Of a DNA stretch of 60,116 nt, positions 48,816 to 58,229 are shown piece after piece. The notes under the pieces are model-generated. The model was given only the letters and a program-made list of their open reading frames with translations. It did not search any database and was not told the origin of the DNA. The DNA is from a bacterium (GTDB lineage Bacteria > Bacillota > Clostridia > Lachnospirales > Lachnospiraceae): NCBI GenBank assembly GCA_963600375.1, contig CAVCBH010000122.1, forward strand, positions 1-60,116, read 5' to 3'. Made by a program: the position numbers and the translations under genes. Position 1 is the first letter of the stretch; each line of letters opens with the position of its first letter.

Positions 48816-50762
48816 ATGAGAATTGTCGATTTGTTAAAGAAAGAGGCAGTTGTTCTTAATGCAGAAGTTAGTACAAAAGAACAGATGCTTGATTTACTCG
48901 TTGACCTTCACAAAGAAGTTGGCAACATCAAAGACAAAGCTGCTTTTAAGGCAGGAATCATGAAAAGAGAATCTGAAGGACCTACTGCAATCGCAGAGGG
49001 AATCTGTATTCCACATTCAAAAAATGAAGCAGTTATCAATCCAGGTATCGCAGCAATTACCGTACCATCCGGAGTTGACTGCGCAGCACTTGACGGAGAG
49101 CCATCCAATCTTTTCTTTATGATTGCGGCTCCAGCAGAAGGTTCTGATGTTCACTTGGAAGCGTTATCCAGATTGTCTACTATTTTAATGGATCCTGCTT
49201 TCCGTGAAAAGTTATTATCCGCAAAAGATGTTGATGCTTTCTTAGCAGCAATTGATGAAAAGGAAACAGAAAAATACGGTGAGGAAGATAAGGCAGCACA
49301 GGCAGCCGAAGTACCTGCAAAGAAAGCCGGATACCAGGTTCTTGCTGTAACAGCATGTCCTACAGGTATTGCACATACTTATATGGCAGCAGAAGCACTT
49401 GAGGAAAAAGGTAAGGAATTAGGAATTTCTATTAAGGTAGAAACAAATGGTTCCGGTGGAGCAAAAAATGTTCTTACTCAGGAAGAAATTGATGCCTGCG
49501 ACGGAATTATCGTAGCAGCAGATAAAAATGTAGAGATGGCTCGTTTCGATGGTAAGCCAGTTATCAAAGTAAAAGTTTCTGATGGTATTCATAAATCTCA
49601 GGAATTAATTGAGAGAGCTGTAAAAGGTGATGGACCAATTTACCATCATGAAGGTGGTAAGGCAGCAAGCACTTCTTCTGATGGAAATGAAAGCATTGGA
49701 CGTCAGATTTACAAACATCTGATGAACGGTGTTTCTAACATGCTTCCATTCGTTATCGGTGGTGGTATTCTCATCGCGATTGCCTTTCTGTTAGATGATT
49801 ATTCCATTGACCCATCTAACTTTGGTATGAACACACCAGTAGCAGCGTTTTTTAAGACAGCCGGCGGTGTAGCATTTAACTTTATGCTTCCAATCCTTGC
49901 AGGTTTCATTGCAATGAGTATTGCAGATCGTCCAGGTTTAATGGTTGGTTTTGCAGGCGGTGCGATCGCAAGTGCAGGAACAACATTTGCTTCTTGTTTT
50001 AACTCAGATATCACAGTAATTTCCGGTGGATTTATCGGAGCATTATTTGCAGGTTTCTTAGCAGGTTATTTGGTACTGGGTTTAGAAAAACTTACAGAGA
50101 AAATGCCAGATTCTATGGATGGACTCAGACCAATGTTGATCTATCCAGTTGCAGGTCTTTTATTGATCAGTGTGATCATGTTTGCAATTAACCCATTCTT
50201 CTCCTGGTTAAACCAGTTACTTGCTAACGCATTAAACTCCTTATCTGGAGCAAACAGTATTGTGCTTGGATTAATTGTTGGTGGTATGATGTCCATCGAT
50301 ATGGGTGGTCCATTCAACAAAGCAGCTTATGTATTTGGTACAGCTTCCTTAGCATACCAGACAGACGCAGGTTACATGATCATGGCAGCCGTTATGGTAG
50401 GTGGAATGGTTCCTCCAATCGCTATTGCCATTGCTTCATGGGTATTTAAAAATAAATTCACAGACAACGACAGAAAGACAGCACCAGTTAACGCAATCAT
50501 GGGACTTTGTTTCATTTCCGAAGCAGCAATTCCATACGCAGCAGGAGATCCCCTCCACGTTATTCCTTCCTGTGTAATCGGTTCTGCAGTAGCTGGAGCA
50601 TTATCCATGGCGTTTAAATGTACACTGATGGCACCTCACGGTGGAATCTTCGTATTCCCAGTAGTAGGACATGCATTAATGTATATCATCGCTTTGGCAA
50701 TCGGTTCTATCGTTGGAGCAGTTATGCTTGGTCTTTTAAGAAAGCCAGTAGAAAGCAAATAA
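48816..50762 (+). CDS. fruA: PTS fructose-family EIIABC
   Basis: EIIA ICIPH, EIIB ACPTGIAHTYMA, EIIC HLMNGVS.MLP, DMGGPFNK, APHGG. Confidence 0.95.
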   Translation: MRIVDLLKKEAVVLNAEVSTKEQMLDLLVDLHKEVGNIKDKAAFKAGIMKRESEGPTAIAEGICIPHSKNEAVINPGIAAITVPSGVDCAALDGEPSNLFFMIAAPAEGSDVHLEALSRLSTILMDPAFREKLLSAKDVDAFLAAIDEKETEKYGEEDKAAQAAEVPAKKAGYQVLAVTACPTGIAHTYMAAEALEEKGKELGISIKVETNGSGGAKNVLTQEEIDACDGIIVAADKNVEMARFDGKPVIKVKVSDGIHKSQELIERAVKGDGPIYHHEGGKAASTSSDGNESIGRQIYKHLMNGVSNMLPFVIGGGILIAIAFLLDDYSIDPSNFGMNTPVAAFFKTAGGVAFNFMLPILAGFIAMSIADRPGLMVGFAGGAIASAGTTFASCFNSDITVISGGFIGALFAGFLAGYLVLGLEKLTEKMPDSMDGLRPMLIYPVAGLLLISVIMFAINPFFSWLNQLLANALNSLSGANSIVLGLIVGGMMSIDMGGPFNKAAYVFGTASLAYQTDAGYMIMAAVMVGGMVPPIAIAIASWVFKNKFTDNDRKTAPVNAIMGLCFISEAAIPYAAGDPLHVIPSCVIGSAVAGALSMAFKCTLMAPHGGIFVFPVVGHALMYIIALAIGSIVGAVMLGLLRKPVESK

Positions 50763-50937
50763 TCATAATTGTTTAAATAATAAACAAACGAACAATAAAC
50801 GTATAATAAGTGACAAGCAAATGTCTGAAAATATGTAAATAAGTTGCCGTTAGTCATTGACCGGTATCTTAGAGAATATCTATCATGAAGATACCGATCG
50901 CAGAAAAAATAATTCCCTAATTTAGTTGCTATAAATG

Positions 50938-50994
50938 AAGAAGAAATCTCAGAAACAGTGAAAAGCTACTGTTTCTGGGATTTCTTCTTTTTTT
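50938..50994 (+). terminator. intrinsic terminator after fruA
   Basis: 22-bp stem AAGAAGAAATCTCAGAAACAGT/ACTGTTTCTGGGATTTCTTCTT then T run. Confidence 0.85.
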
Positions 50995-51194
50995 ACATTT
51001 ATTGACTTTTTTACTTAAAAAAATTATAATATAAATAATTATTAGAAGTTATACAAAGCGAAATCATGCAAAGTATATTCAATCGAGTAACAATACATTT
51101 ATATATTTGATTATGAATGTTGGCAGGAATTTTTGAATATATTATATATGAATGTTTGTTTTCAAAAAAGTAACTGAAAAGAGGAGGGAATGAT

Positions 51195-53111
51195 ATGAGA
51201 TATGAAATCAGCGAAGTCGTAAAAAAAGACCAGGTTATGGAATTGGTTTTTGGTAATTGCAGCAAGCCGAGAGATTTACTGGGACGACATTTTATCTTAG
51301 AGGGACAGGTTATTTCTGCCTATCATCCTGATGCAGTAGAGATGGAAGTTATTTCAGAAGATGGCAGTCATTACGTTATGGACACAGTGGAGAGACAGCC
51401 GGTATTTTCGCTGTTTCTTCCTCATAAAAGACCTTTTTCTTATCAGATACATATGACATTTCGTGACGGGAATACTTATACGTGCAATGACCCTTACAGT
51501 TATGAGGGAATTATCACAGAAGAAGAAGAGAAGCTGTTCTCGAAAGGTGGCTGGAATGAGGTGTACCATAAGATGGGATGCCATAAAATGAAGATTGGAA
51601 ATGCCGGGGGAATGTATTTTGCAGTCTGGGCGCCAAATGCCAGACGAGTCAGTGTGGTTGGAGATTTCAACTTCTGGAATGGAATGTTGTATCCGATGCA
51701 TAAACTGGAGAACTCAGATATTTTTGAATTATTTATTCCAGGACTTTCTTGTGGACAGTTTTATAAATTTGAAGTAAAAAATGCACAGGGCGAAGTGACG
51801 CAGATGGTTGACCCGTATGCAGTCATGAACGAGGAAAAGGAAAATGGTGCTTCGAGAATGTTCGATCTTGGCAGATTTCGCTGGGAAGATTCAAGATGGC
51901 TGTCAGAACGATATCATGGAAATATGTTTAAAGTTCCGATGTCCATATGTGATGTTCGAATCAGTGAATTAGATTCGCCGGATGAAAAAGTGCCGGAAAT
52001 CGTGCAGGACATGGGACATACACATATTTTGCTTCGGGGAACTCCGGAAGGAGAAAGAATTGGAGCGCAGAAAGGATTTTTTGAACCGGCATTTTATGGC
52101 AACACACCAGATACGATGCGCTTCTTTGTTAATCGGTCACATAAAAGGAATACCGGAGTTTTATTGGAAATCTCTCCGGAATATTTAAGAAGAGCGGTGC
52201 ATCTCTTTGAAAGAAAGCATCCGCAGGCAATCAATTATCTACTTGCTAATATTCTTTTCTGGATAAAAGAATATCATATCGATGGATTTGTATTTCGAGG
52301 ATTGAGTGAGAATTCTGCTGATTTTATGGAGAAGGCAAGAGAAGTGATAAAAGAGGAAGACAGTAGTATTTTGTTTATAGGAGAAGAAATATCCGGTAAA
52401 AGAGAAGAAGACTTTTTTGATTTTGAATGGAACGTGAATCTTAAAGCAGGTGTAGAAAGATATCTTTCTACAGATACAGACAGTAGAAAGCAGGAGTATA
52501 TGCGGCTTTCTGCTCCACTGATGAAGGGTGACTTTTCTCATGCGATTTTACTCCTTAATAAAGAAATCAATAAAGAGAAAAATAATCTTTTCGATGAATC
52601 TTTCATTGACAAGAAGCCTTCATGTGATTATGATAAGTTAACAGGAGTCAGGATGTCTTATGGTTATCTGATGGGAGTGCCAGGCAGAAAGGCGTGGGAT
52701 TTACATTCGCATGAGAACATTTCTTCACAGGAATATGTGAAGTCACTACTTCGGATTTATCAGGAATATTCTGCCCTTTATGAATATGACCCGGTACGGG
52801 CTTCTTTTGAATGGATTAATGGAATGGATGTGGAATCCTCTGTTCTTACATTTGTCAGAAGATCTCCTTCTGGCAGAGATAATCTGTTGTTTGTATGTAA
52901 CTTTAGTATAGAAGAAAGGGAGTCCTGGCAGGTTGGTGTTCCAAAGCTTGGAAAGTATACCATGATTTCTAACAGCGATGCTGTGGAATTTGGAGGTGAG
53001 GGACGTGCAGAGAATCAGGAAGTGCAGGCAATCCCTGAATGTTGGGATCTGCGGCCATATTCTATTAAGATATCTGTGCCGCCACTGACGACATTGATTT
53101 TTAAGTTTTAA
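51195..53111 (+). CDS. GlgB-like (GH13/CBM48) protein with degenerate catalytic motifs
   Basis: GlgB N-domain (PRDLLG.H), CBM48 FAVWAPNARRVSVVGDFN, C-domain FEWI..CNF..NSDA..FGG..VPPL; region II IDGFVFR and region IV LLNKE lack the catalytic Asp residues. Confidence 0.85.
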   Translation: MRYEISEVVKKDQVMELVFGNCSKPRDLLGRHFILEGQVISAYHPDAVEMEVISEDGSHYVMDTVERQPVFSLFLPHKRPFSYQIHMTFRDGNTYTCNDPYSYEGIITEEEEKLFSKGGWNEVYHKMGCHKMKIGNAGGMYFAVWAPNARRVSVVGDFNFWNGMLYPMHKLENSDIFELFIPGLSCGQFYKFEVKNAQGEVTQMVDPYAVMNEEKENGASRMFDLGRFRWEDSRWLSERYHGNMFKVPMSICDVRISELDSPDEKVPEIVQDMGHTHILLRGTPEGERIGAQKGFFEPAFYGNTPDTMRFFVNRSHKRNTGVLLEISPEYLRRAVHLFERKHPQAINYLLANILFWIKEYHIDGFVFRGLSENSADFMEKAREVIKEEDSSILFIGEEISGKREEDFFDFEWNVNLKAGVERYLSTDTDSRKQEYMRLSAPLMKGDFSHAILLLNKEINKEKNNLFDESFIDKKPSCDYDKLTGVRMSYGYLMGVPGRKAWDLHSHENISSQEYVKSLLRIYQEYSALYEYDPVRASFEWINGMDVESSVLTFVRRSPSGRDNLLFVCNFSIEERESWQVGVPKLGKYTMISNSDAVEFGGEGRAENQEVQAIPECWDLRPYSIKISVPPLTTLIFKF

Positions 53112-53168
53112 AGGGTTTAATATATATTTATAATATTAGATATTAAGAAAAGAAAGGTGTGTTTAGTA

Positions 53169-53582
53169 ATGAAAGAAGATTGTATATTCTGTAAGATAGC
53201 AAAAGGAGAGATTCACTCTGCTACAGTTTATGAAGACAGCCATTTCACAGTAATTCTTGATGTGAATCCGGCAACAAAGGGACATTGTCTGATTATACCA
53301 AAGGAACATTTTGACAATATTTATGATCTGGATGGAGAGACAGCCGGTAAGTTATTTGCACTGGCTACCTGTATTGCAAGAGCAATGAGAGATGCGTTAA
53401 AGTGCGATGGACTGAATCTTGTTCAGAATAATGGAGAGGTTGCGGGACAGACTGTAAATCATTTTCATTTACATTTGATTCCTCGTTATGAAGGAGATGG
53501 ACTGAATCTTAACTGGTCACAGCAGGAGATTTCTGCAGAGCAGTTAGAGGAGATCAGACAGTCAATTAAGAAGTCGATTTAA
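53169..53582 (+). CDS. HIT-family nucleotide hydrolase
   Basis: DCIFCKI, GHCLIIPK.H, NNG..AGQ.V.HFHLHLIPR. Confidence 0.95.
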   Translation: MKEDCIFCKIAKGEIHSATVYEDSHFTVILDVNPATKGHCLIIPKEHFDNIYDLDGETAGKLFALATCIARAMRDALKCDGLNLVQNNGEVAGQTVNHFHLHLIPRYEGDGLNLNWSQQEISAEQLEEIRQSIKKSI

Positions 53583-53708
53583 TTGATTGTTAATTACTTA
53601 CAGTGGAATTTTTGCAATTTATATTTTGTAATTGGTGGATGGTTTTGGAAAAATAAGTTAAAATACTTTTGATATTTATAATCATTTCAGTAATAGAAAG
53701 GACAGAGT

Positions 53709-54293
53709 ATGGGTAAGTTAGATTTTAAGCCGGGTAATATGTTATACCCTCTTCCGGCAGTTATGGTATCGGTGAGAGATAAAGAGGGGAATGATAATAT
53801 TATAACAGTTGCCTGGACAGGAACGGTATGCACCAATCCGCCCATGCTCTACATTTCTGTTCGTCCACAGAGACATTCTTATAAAGCCTTACATGAGATG
53901 GGTGAGTTTGTGGTGAATCTGACTACAGAAAGAATTGCGAAAGCAACAGATTTCTGTGGGGTTCGCTCTGGAAGGAATATGGATAAGTTTGAGCAGACTG
54001 GACTTACGAAAGGGGAAGCGAAGAAGATCAATGCCCCTGTGATCGAGGACAGCCCGGTCAATATTGAGTGTCGTGTCAGAGAAGAAGTGGCACTCGGTTC
54101 CCATACTATGTTTATAGCCGATGTTGTTCATGTGACGGTAGATGATACTTATATGGATGAAAGAGGAACTTTTCATCTTGAAAAAGCAGCGCCAATTGTA
54201 TATTCTCATGGTACGTATTTCGGACTGGGAGAATCTTTAGGGACATTTGGATATTCTGTTCGTAAAAAGAAAAAAAAGAGAAAAAACAGATAA
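53709..54293 (+). CDS. flavin reductase-like (flavoredoxin) protein
   Basis: LYPLPAVMVS, NIITVAW, EFVVN, CG..SGR..DKF, IEC.V, GSHTMFIA. Confidence 0.92.
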   Translation: MGKLDFKPGNMLYPLPAVMVSVRDKEGNDNIITVAWTGTVCTNPPMLYISVRPQRHSYKALHEMGEFVVNLTTERIAKATDFCGVRSGRNMDKFEQTGLTKGEAKKINAPVIEDSPVNIECRVREEVALGSHTMFIADVVHVTVDDTYMDERGTFHLEKAAPIVYSHGTYFGLGESLGTFGYSVRKKKKKRKNR

Positions 54294-54621
54294 ATTAAGA
54301 CGTTTATTTTGTGACAATTTCTGATTTACAATAAATAAGAAGATATGATATAATAAAATGGTTCTAGGTTTAATTTGAATTGTGAAGAAAAGTACATATT
54401 TGTTTGAGATATAAAATATCATGACAGGAATTTTTGAAACAGGATTACAGACATTTTATAGCTATTCAGAGTTAAAGCGATTGCATAAAAAGATAATAAA
54501 GGTGTATTTTTACAAATCGATTATAAATAGTTATAACAATTTTATTTTGAATTTATTTTTTTGTAAGAGAGTAATCTTTGGAATAGAAATTCTATTTTAG
54601 GGTCAGGATTTTATTATTTGG

Positions 54622-54750
54622 ATTTTTTTGGAGAAAATATTTTTATTGGAAATTCAATGTTTATATTTCTTTGAAGGGAATATTTTACTTAGAATTTTCC
54701 TGCTTTGTTTTTTAGAGAGAATTTTTTACCTGGAATTTTATTTGGATTTA
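54622..54750. repeat. three degenerate 41-43 bp T-rich tandem units
   Basis: TTTTTTGGAGAAAATATTTTTATTGGAAATT / TTCTTTGAAGGGAATATTTTACTTAGAATTT / TTTTTTAGAGAGAATTTTTTACCTGGAATTT. Confidence 0.5.
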
Positions 54751-54811
54751 CTTTAGTTTGAAAATTAGTGTTAAGAATAATAACATTTGAGATAGATTAT
54801 AGAGGTGCGAA

Positions 54812-56125
54812 ATGGAACAGTATATTATTAAAGGTGGTAATCCGTTAGTTGGTGAAGTTGTAATTGGTGGAGCAAAGAATGCAGCGTTGGGAATTCTGGC
54901 AGCAGCCATTATGACTGATGGAAAATGTTTTATTGATAATATGCCGAATGTGAGAGATACTAATGTCCTTTTACAGGCAATGGAAGGCATTGGTGCAACG
55001 ATTGACCGTAAGGGAGATAATGAAGTTGTAATCAGTGGAAAGAATATAGATTCCACCGGAGATTTAATTGTAGATAATGAATACATTAGAAAGATCAGAG
55101 CATCTTATTATTTGATTGGTGCTCTTTTAGGTAAATACAGAAAAGCACAGGTTGTTCTTCCGGGAGGCTGTGATATCGGAAGCCGTCCAATCGACCAGCA
55201 TATTAAGGGATTCCGTGCGCTCGGAGCGGAAGTTAAGATTGAACATGGAATGATTATTGCACAGGCAGAACAGCTTGTTGGAAGCCGCATTTATTTGGAT
55301 GTGGTTTCTGTTGGTGCAACAATTAATATCATGATGGCAGCATCACTCGCACAGGGTAATACTGTAATTGAGAATGCCGCAAAGGAGCCACATATTGTAG
55401 ATGTAGCCAACTTTTTAAATAGCATGGGAGCAAATATCCGCGGTGCGGGAACAGACGTAATCCGCATCAAAGGTGTGGAGAGATTCCATGATACAGAGTA
55501 TTCTGTAATTCCAGATCAGATTGAGGCTGGAACTTTCATGATGGCAGCAGCAGCTACCAGGGGAGATGTTCTTATCAAGAACGTAATTCCTAAACATTTA
55601 GAGACAATATCTGCAAAGTTGATAGAGATTGGAGCAGAGATTGAAGAGTCTGACGATGCAGTAAGAGTTGTGGCAACACAGCGTCTGCGTCATACACAGA
55701 TTAAGACACTTCCATATCCGGGATTCCCTACAGATATGCAGCCACAGATGGCAATTACACTGGGACTTTCCACAGGAACAAGCACGATTACAGAGAGTAT
55801 CTTTGAGAATCGTTTCCGCTATGTGGAAGAGCTTCGCCGTATGGGAGCCAATATTAAGATGGTAGAGGGCAACACTGCGATTATCCACGGTGTTGAAAAA
55901 TATACAGGAGCGACGGTGGCAGCACCAGATCTCCGTGCTGGAGCTGCACTTGTTATTGCAGGACTTGCAGCGGAAGGCTACACAACGGTAACTCAGATTG
56001 GTTATATTCAAAGAGGATATGAAAGATTTGATGAGAAGCTTCGCGCTCTCGGAGGATTGATTGAAAAAGTTGATTCCGAGAAAGAAACCAACAAATTTAT
56101 TTATAAAACAGGTACTGTAAACTAA
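54812..56125 (+). CDS. murA: UDP-N-acetylglucosamine 1-carboxyvinyltransferase
   Basis: GAKNA, RASYY, LPGGC.IG.RP.DQH (active-site Cys retained), PGFPTDMQ, DLRAG. Confidence 0.97.
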   Translation: MEQYIIKGGNPLVGEVVIGGAKNAALGILAAAIMTDGKCFIDNMPNVRDTNVLLQAMEGIGATIDRKGDNEVVISGKNIDSTGDLIVDNEYIRKIRASYYLIGALLGKYRKAQVVLPGGCDIGSRPIDQHIKGFRALGAEVKIEHGMIIAQAEQLVGSRIYLDVVSVGATINIMMAASLAQGNTVIENAAKEPHIVDVANFLNSMGANIRGAGTDVIRIKGVERFHDTEYSVIPDQIEAGTFMMAAAATRGDVLIKNVIPKHLETISAKLIEIGAEIEESDDAVRVVATQRLRHTQIKTLPYPGFPTDMQPQMAITLGLSTGTSTITESIFENRFRYVEELRRMGANIKMVEGNTAIIHGVEKYTGATVAAPDLRAGAALVIAGLAAEGYTTVTQIGYIQRGYERFDEKLRALGGLIEKVDSEKETNKFIYKTGTVN

Positions 56126-56146
56126 GAATTGGAGATGAATAGTACA

Positions 56147-57334
56147 ATGGAAAGAAGATTATTTACATCAGAATCCGTAACAGAAGGACATCCAGATAAG
56201 ATGTGTGATCAGGTTTCTGACGCTATACTTGACGCTTTAATGGAAAAAGACCCAATGAGCCGTGTTGCCTGTGAGACAGCAATGACAACAGGTCTTGTAC
56301 TTGTTATGGGTGAGATTACAACAAATGCTTATGTTGACATTCAGAAGATTGTTCGTGATACAGTCAGAGAAATTGGATACACAAGAGGCAAATATGGTTT
56401 TGACGCAGACACATGCGGTGTTATGGTTGCTTTAGATGAGCAGTCTTCCGATATTGCTATGGGTGTTGATAAGGCACTTGAAGCAAAAGAGAACAAGATG
56501 AGCGATGAAGAATTAGAAGCAATCGGTGCCGGAGACCAGGGCATGATGTTCGGTTATGCCAGCAACGAAACAGAAGAGTATATGCCATATCCTATCGCAT
56601 TAGCTCACAAGTTATCCAGACAGCTCACAAAGGTTCGTAAAGACGGAACTTTATCATACTTAAGACCAGACGGAAAGACACAGGTTACTGTAGAATATGA
56701 TGAGAATGGAAAGCCAGATCGTCTCGATGCCGTTGTTCTTTCTACACAGCATGATCCTGAAGTAACACAGGAACAGATTCATGAAGACATTAAGAAATAC
56801 GTTTTTGATGCAATCCTTCCACAGGATATGGTTGACGAGAATACAAAGTTCTTCATTAACCCTACAGGAAGATTTGTAATCGGTGGACCACACGGAGACA
56901 GTGGATTAACAGGTAGAAAGATTATCGTAGATACTTACGGTGGATATGCTCGTCATGGTGGTGGAGCATTCTCTGGAAAAGACTGCACAAAGGTAGACCG
57001 TTCTGCTGCATACGCTGCAAGATATGTAGCTAAGAACATCGTAGCAGCCGGACTTGCAGATAAATGTGAGATTCAGTTATCTTATGCTATCGGTGTAGCG
57101 CAGCCTACATCTGTTATGGTGGATACTTTCGGAACAGGAAAGATTGCAGAAGATAAACTTGTAGATATGATTCGCGAGAACTTTGACTTAAGACCAGCAG
57201 GAATTATTAAGATGCTTGACTTAAGAAGACCAATCTATAAGCAGACAGCGGCTTATGGACACTTTGGAAGAAATGATCTTAATCTCCCATGGGAGCAGCT
57301 TGATAAAGTAGAGACTCTTAAGAAGTATCTGTAG
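56147..57334 (+). CDS. metK: S-adenosylmethionine synthetase
   Basis: [29 protein letters not shown]. Confidence 0.98.
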   Translation: MERRLFTSESVTEGHPDKMCDQVSDAILDALMEKDPMSRVACETAMTTGLVLVMGEITTNAYVDIQKIVRDTVREIGYTRGKYGFDADTCGVMVALDEQSSDIAMGVDKALEAKENKMSDEELEAIGAGDQGMMFGYASNETEEYMPYPIALAHKLSRQLTKVRKDGTLSYLRPDGKTQVTVEYDENGKPDRLDAVVLSTQHDPEVTQEQIHEDIKKYVFDAILPQDMVDENTKFFINPTGRFVIGGPHGDSGLTGRKIIVDTYGGYARHGGGAFSGKDCTKVDRSAAYAARYVAKNIVAAGLADKCEIQLSYAIGVAQPTSVMVDTFGTGKIAEDKLVDMIRENFDLRPAGIIKMLDLRRPIYKQTAAYGHFGRNDLNLPWEQLDKVETLKKYL

Positions 57335-57360
57335 GATTCTGATTTTGGGAGTGGGATAGA

Positions 57361-57496
57361 CAGACGCTCCTCAAGAGAGAAGAGACCCTATATTTGTGAC
57401 TCTATCACTGTAGGTTGAATGTTCGCTTATGCGCTCGCATTCAATCCTCGCTCTAAGGCCACAAATATAGGGTCTCTTCTCTCTTGGGGAGCTGTT
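57361..57496 (+). repeat. Family A palindromic repeat, copy A8
   Basis: CAGACGCTCCTCAAGAGAGAAGAGACCCTATATTTGTG ... CACAAATATAGGGTCTCTTCTCTCTTGGGGAGCTGTT + T run. Confidence 0.92.
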
Positions 57497-57650
57497 TTTT
57501 TGCTGCCCACATGTAAAAGCAGAATTTTATGGATGTGCATGGTCTTAGAACGGTTTAGCAGATTCTTTGAGTGCTCTACTTTAAGGCAAGTGGGAAAGTG
57601 GAATTGTGTGTTTTTTAAATTTTCTTTCTCGGATATTTTTCAACTCATTT

Positions 57651-57739
57651 CTAGAGCGTGTTTGAAAAATGCTTTCTGCAAAATATACCGTAAATTGAGG
57701 TGTGCAGATTGCAGGAATGATTTTTCAGACACGCTCTAG
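57651..57739 (-). mobile_element. Family B MITE, internally deleted, both TIRs intact
   Basis: CTAGAGCGTGTTTGAAAAA ... TTTTTCAGACACGCTCTAG; left half nearly identical to 60063-60116. Confidence 0.85.
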
Positions 57740-57750
57740 GGTTTGGAGTG

Positions 57751-58008
57751 AACAGCTGTCACAAGAAACTTTTGCCGGATTGCTTAAAGACTATGGGGAA
57801 AAGAAGCCCTAAAAAATTTATCCCATTTTGTGACTTTGTGCTGTGGAATTCTGACTGTAACCTTGCGAGCTCGTTTTCGAGCAAGGTTGTTTTATCAGGC
57901 AGAATGGAGCGTTCAGCACAACGGAACAAAATGGGATAAATTTTTTAGGGCTTCTTCTCAATAATCCTTCCGGCAATCCGGCCACACATTCTCCCACAGC
58001 AGCGTCTG
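57751..58008 (-). repeat. long (~258 bp) family A variant A9
   Basis: Same ends as A5 (AACAGC...GCGTCTG); nested IRs GCCGGATTGC/GCAATCCGGC, AGAAGCCCTAAAAAATTTATCCCATTTTGT/ACAAAATGGGATAAATTTTTTAGGGCTTCT, AACCTTGC/GCAAGGTT. Confidence 0.75.
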
Positions 58009-58120
58009 TTTCCCACCCTACAATCTGGTGGATTAAAATTGTGTGTTAAAAAATAATCAATTTTTTAAAAAATCTATTTACGAAAGTGTTTTAAAATGAT
58101 ATAGTGGGTTAGTAATTTAT

Positions 58121-58195
58121 GGATGGTATTCGAAGCGAAACCATACCGCGTGTAACCGACAGGCATTGAGCTTATATCCTTTAGGAATAAGACTC
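58121..58195 (+). ncRNA. pan-motif-like leader RNA (two hairpins with bulged A residues)
   Basis: GG-ATGGT-A-TTCG-AAG-CGAA-ACCAT-A-CC (58121-58147) and GAG-CTTAT-A-TCCT-TT-AGGA-ATAAG-A-CTC (58168-58195) directly 5' of pantothenate genes. Confidence 0.7.
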
Positions 58196-58229
58196 GGAGT
58201 ATCACCATGCGAAAGGCAAGGTGATAAAT

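Noticed and set aside
56126..56146. SAM riboswitch upstream of metK
   Set aside because: Only about 20 nt separate murA and metK, and no S-box core was recognised upstream of murA
1158..57496. Family A as a CRISPR or other tandem guide array
   Set aside because: Copies are solitary and kilobases apart, the variable segment is present twice as an inverted pair, and no cas-like gene is in the window
29625..57939. Small ORFs 29625-29831, 30891-31124, 38038-38295, 38112-38300, 42595-42873, 57419-57739 and 57748-57939
   Set aside because: They are read through family A/B repeats; their mutual similarity reflects the repeat, not a protein family
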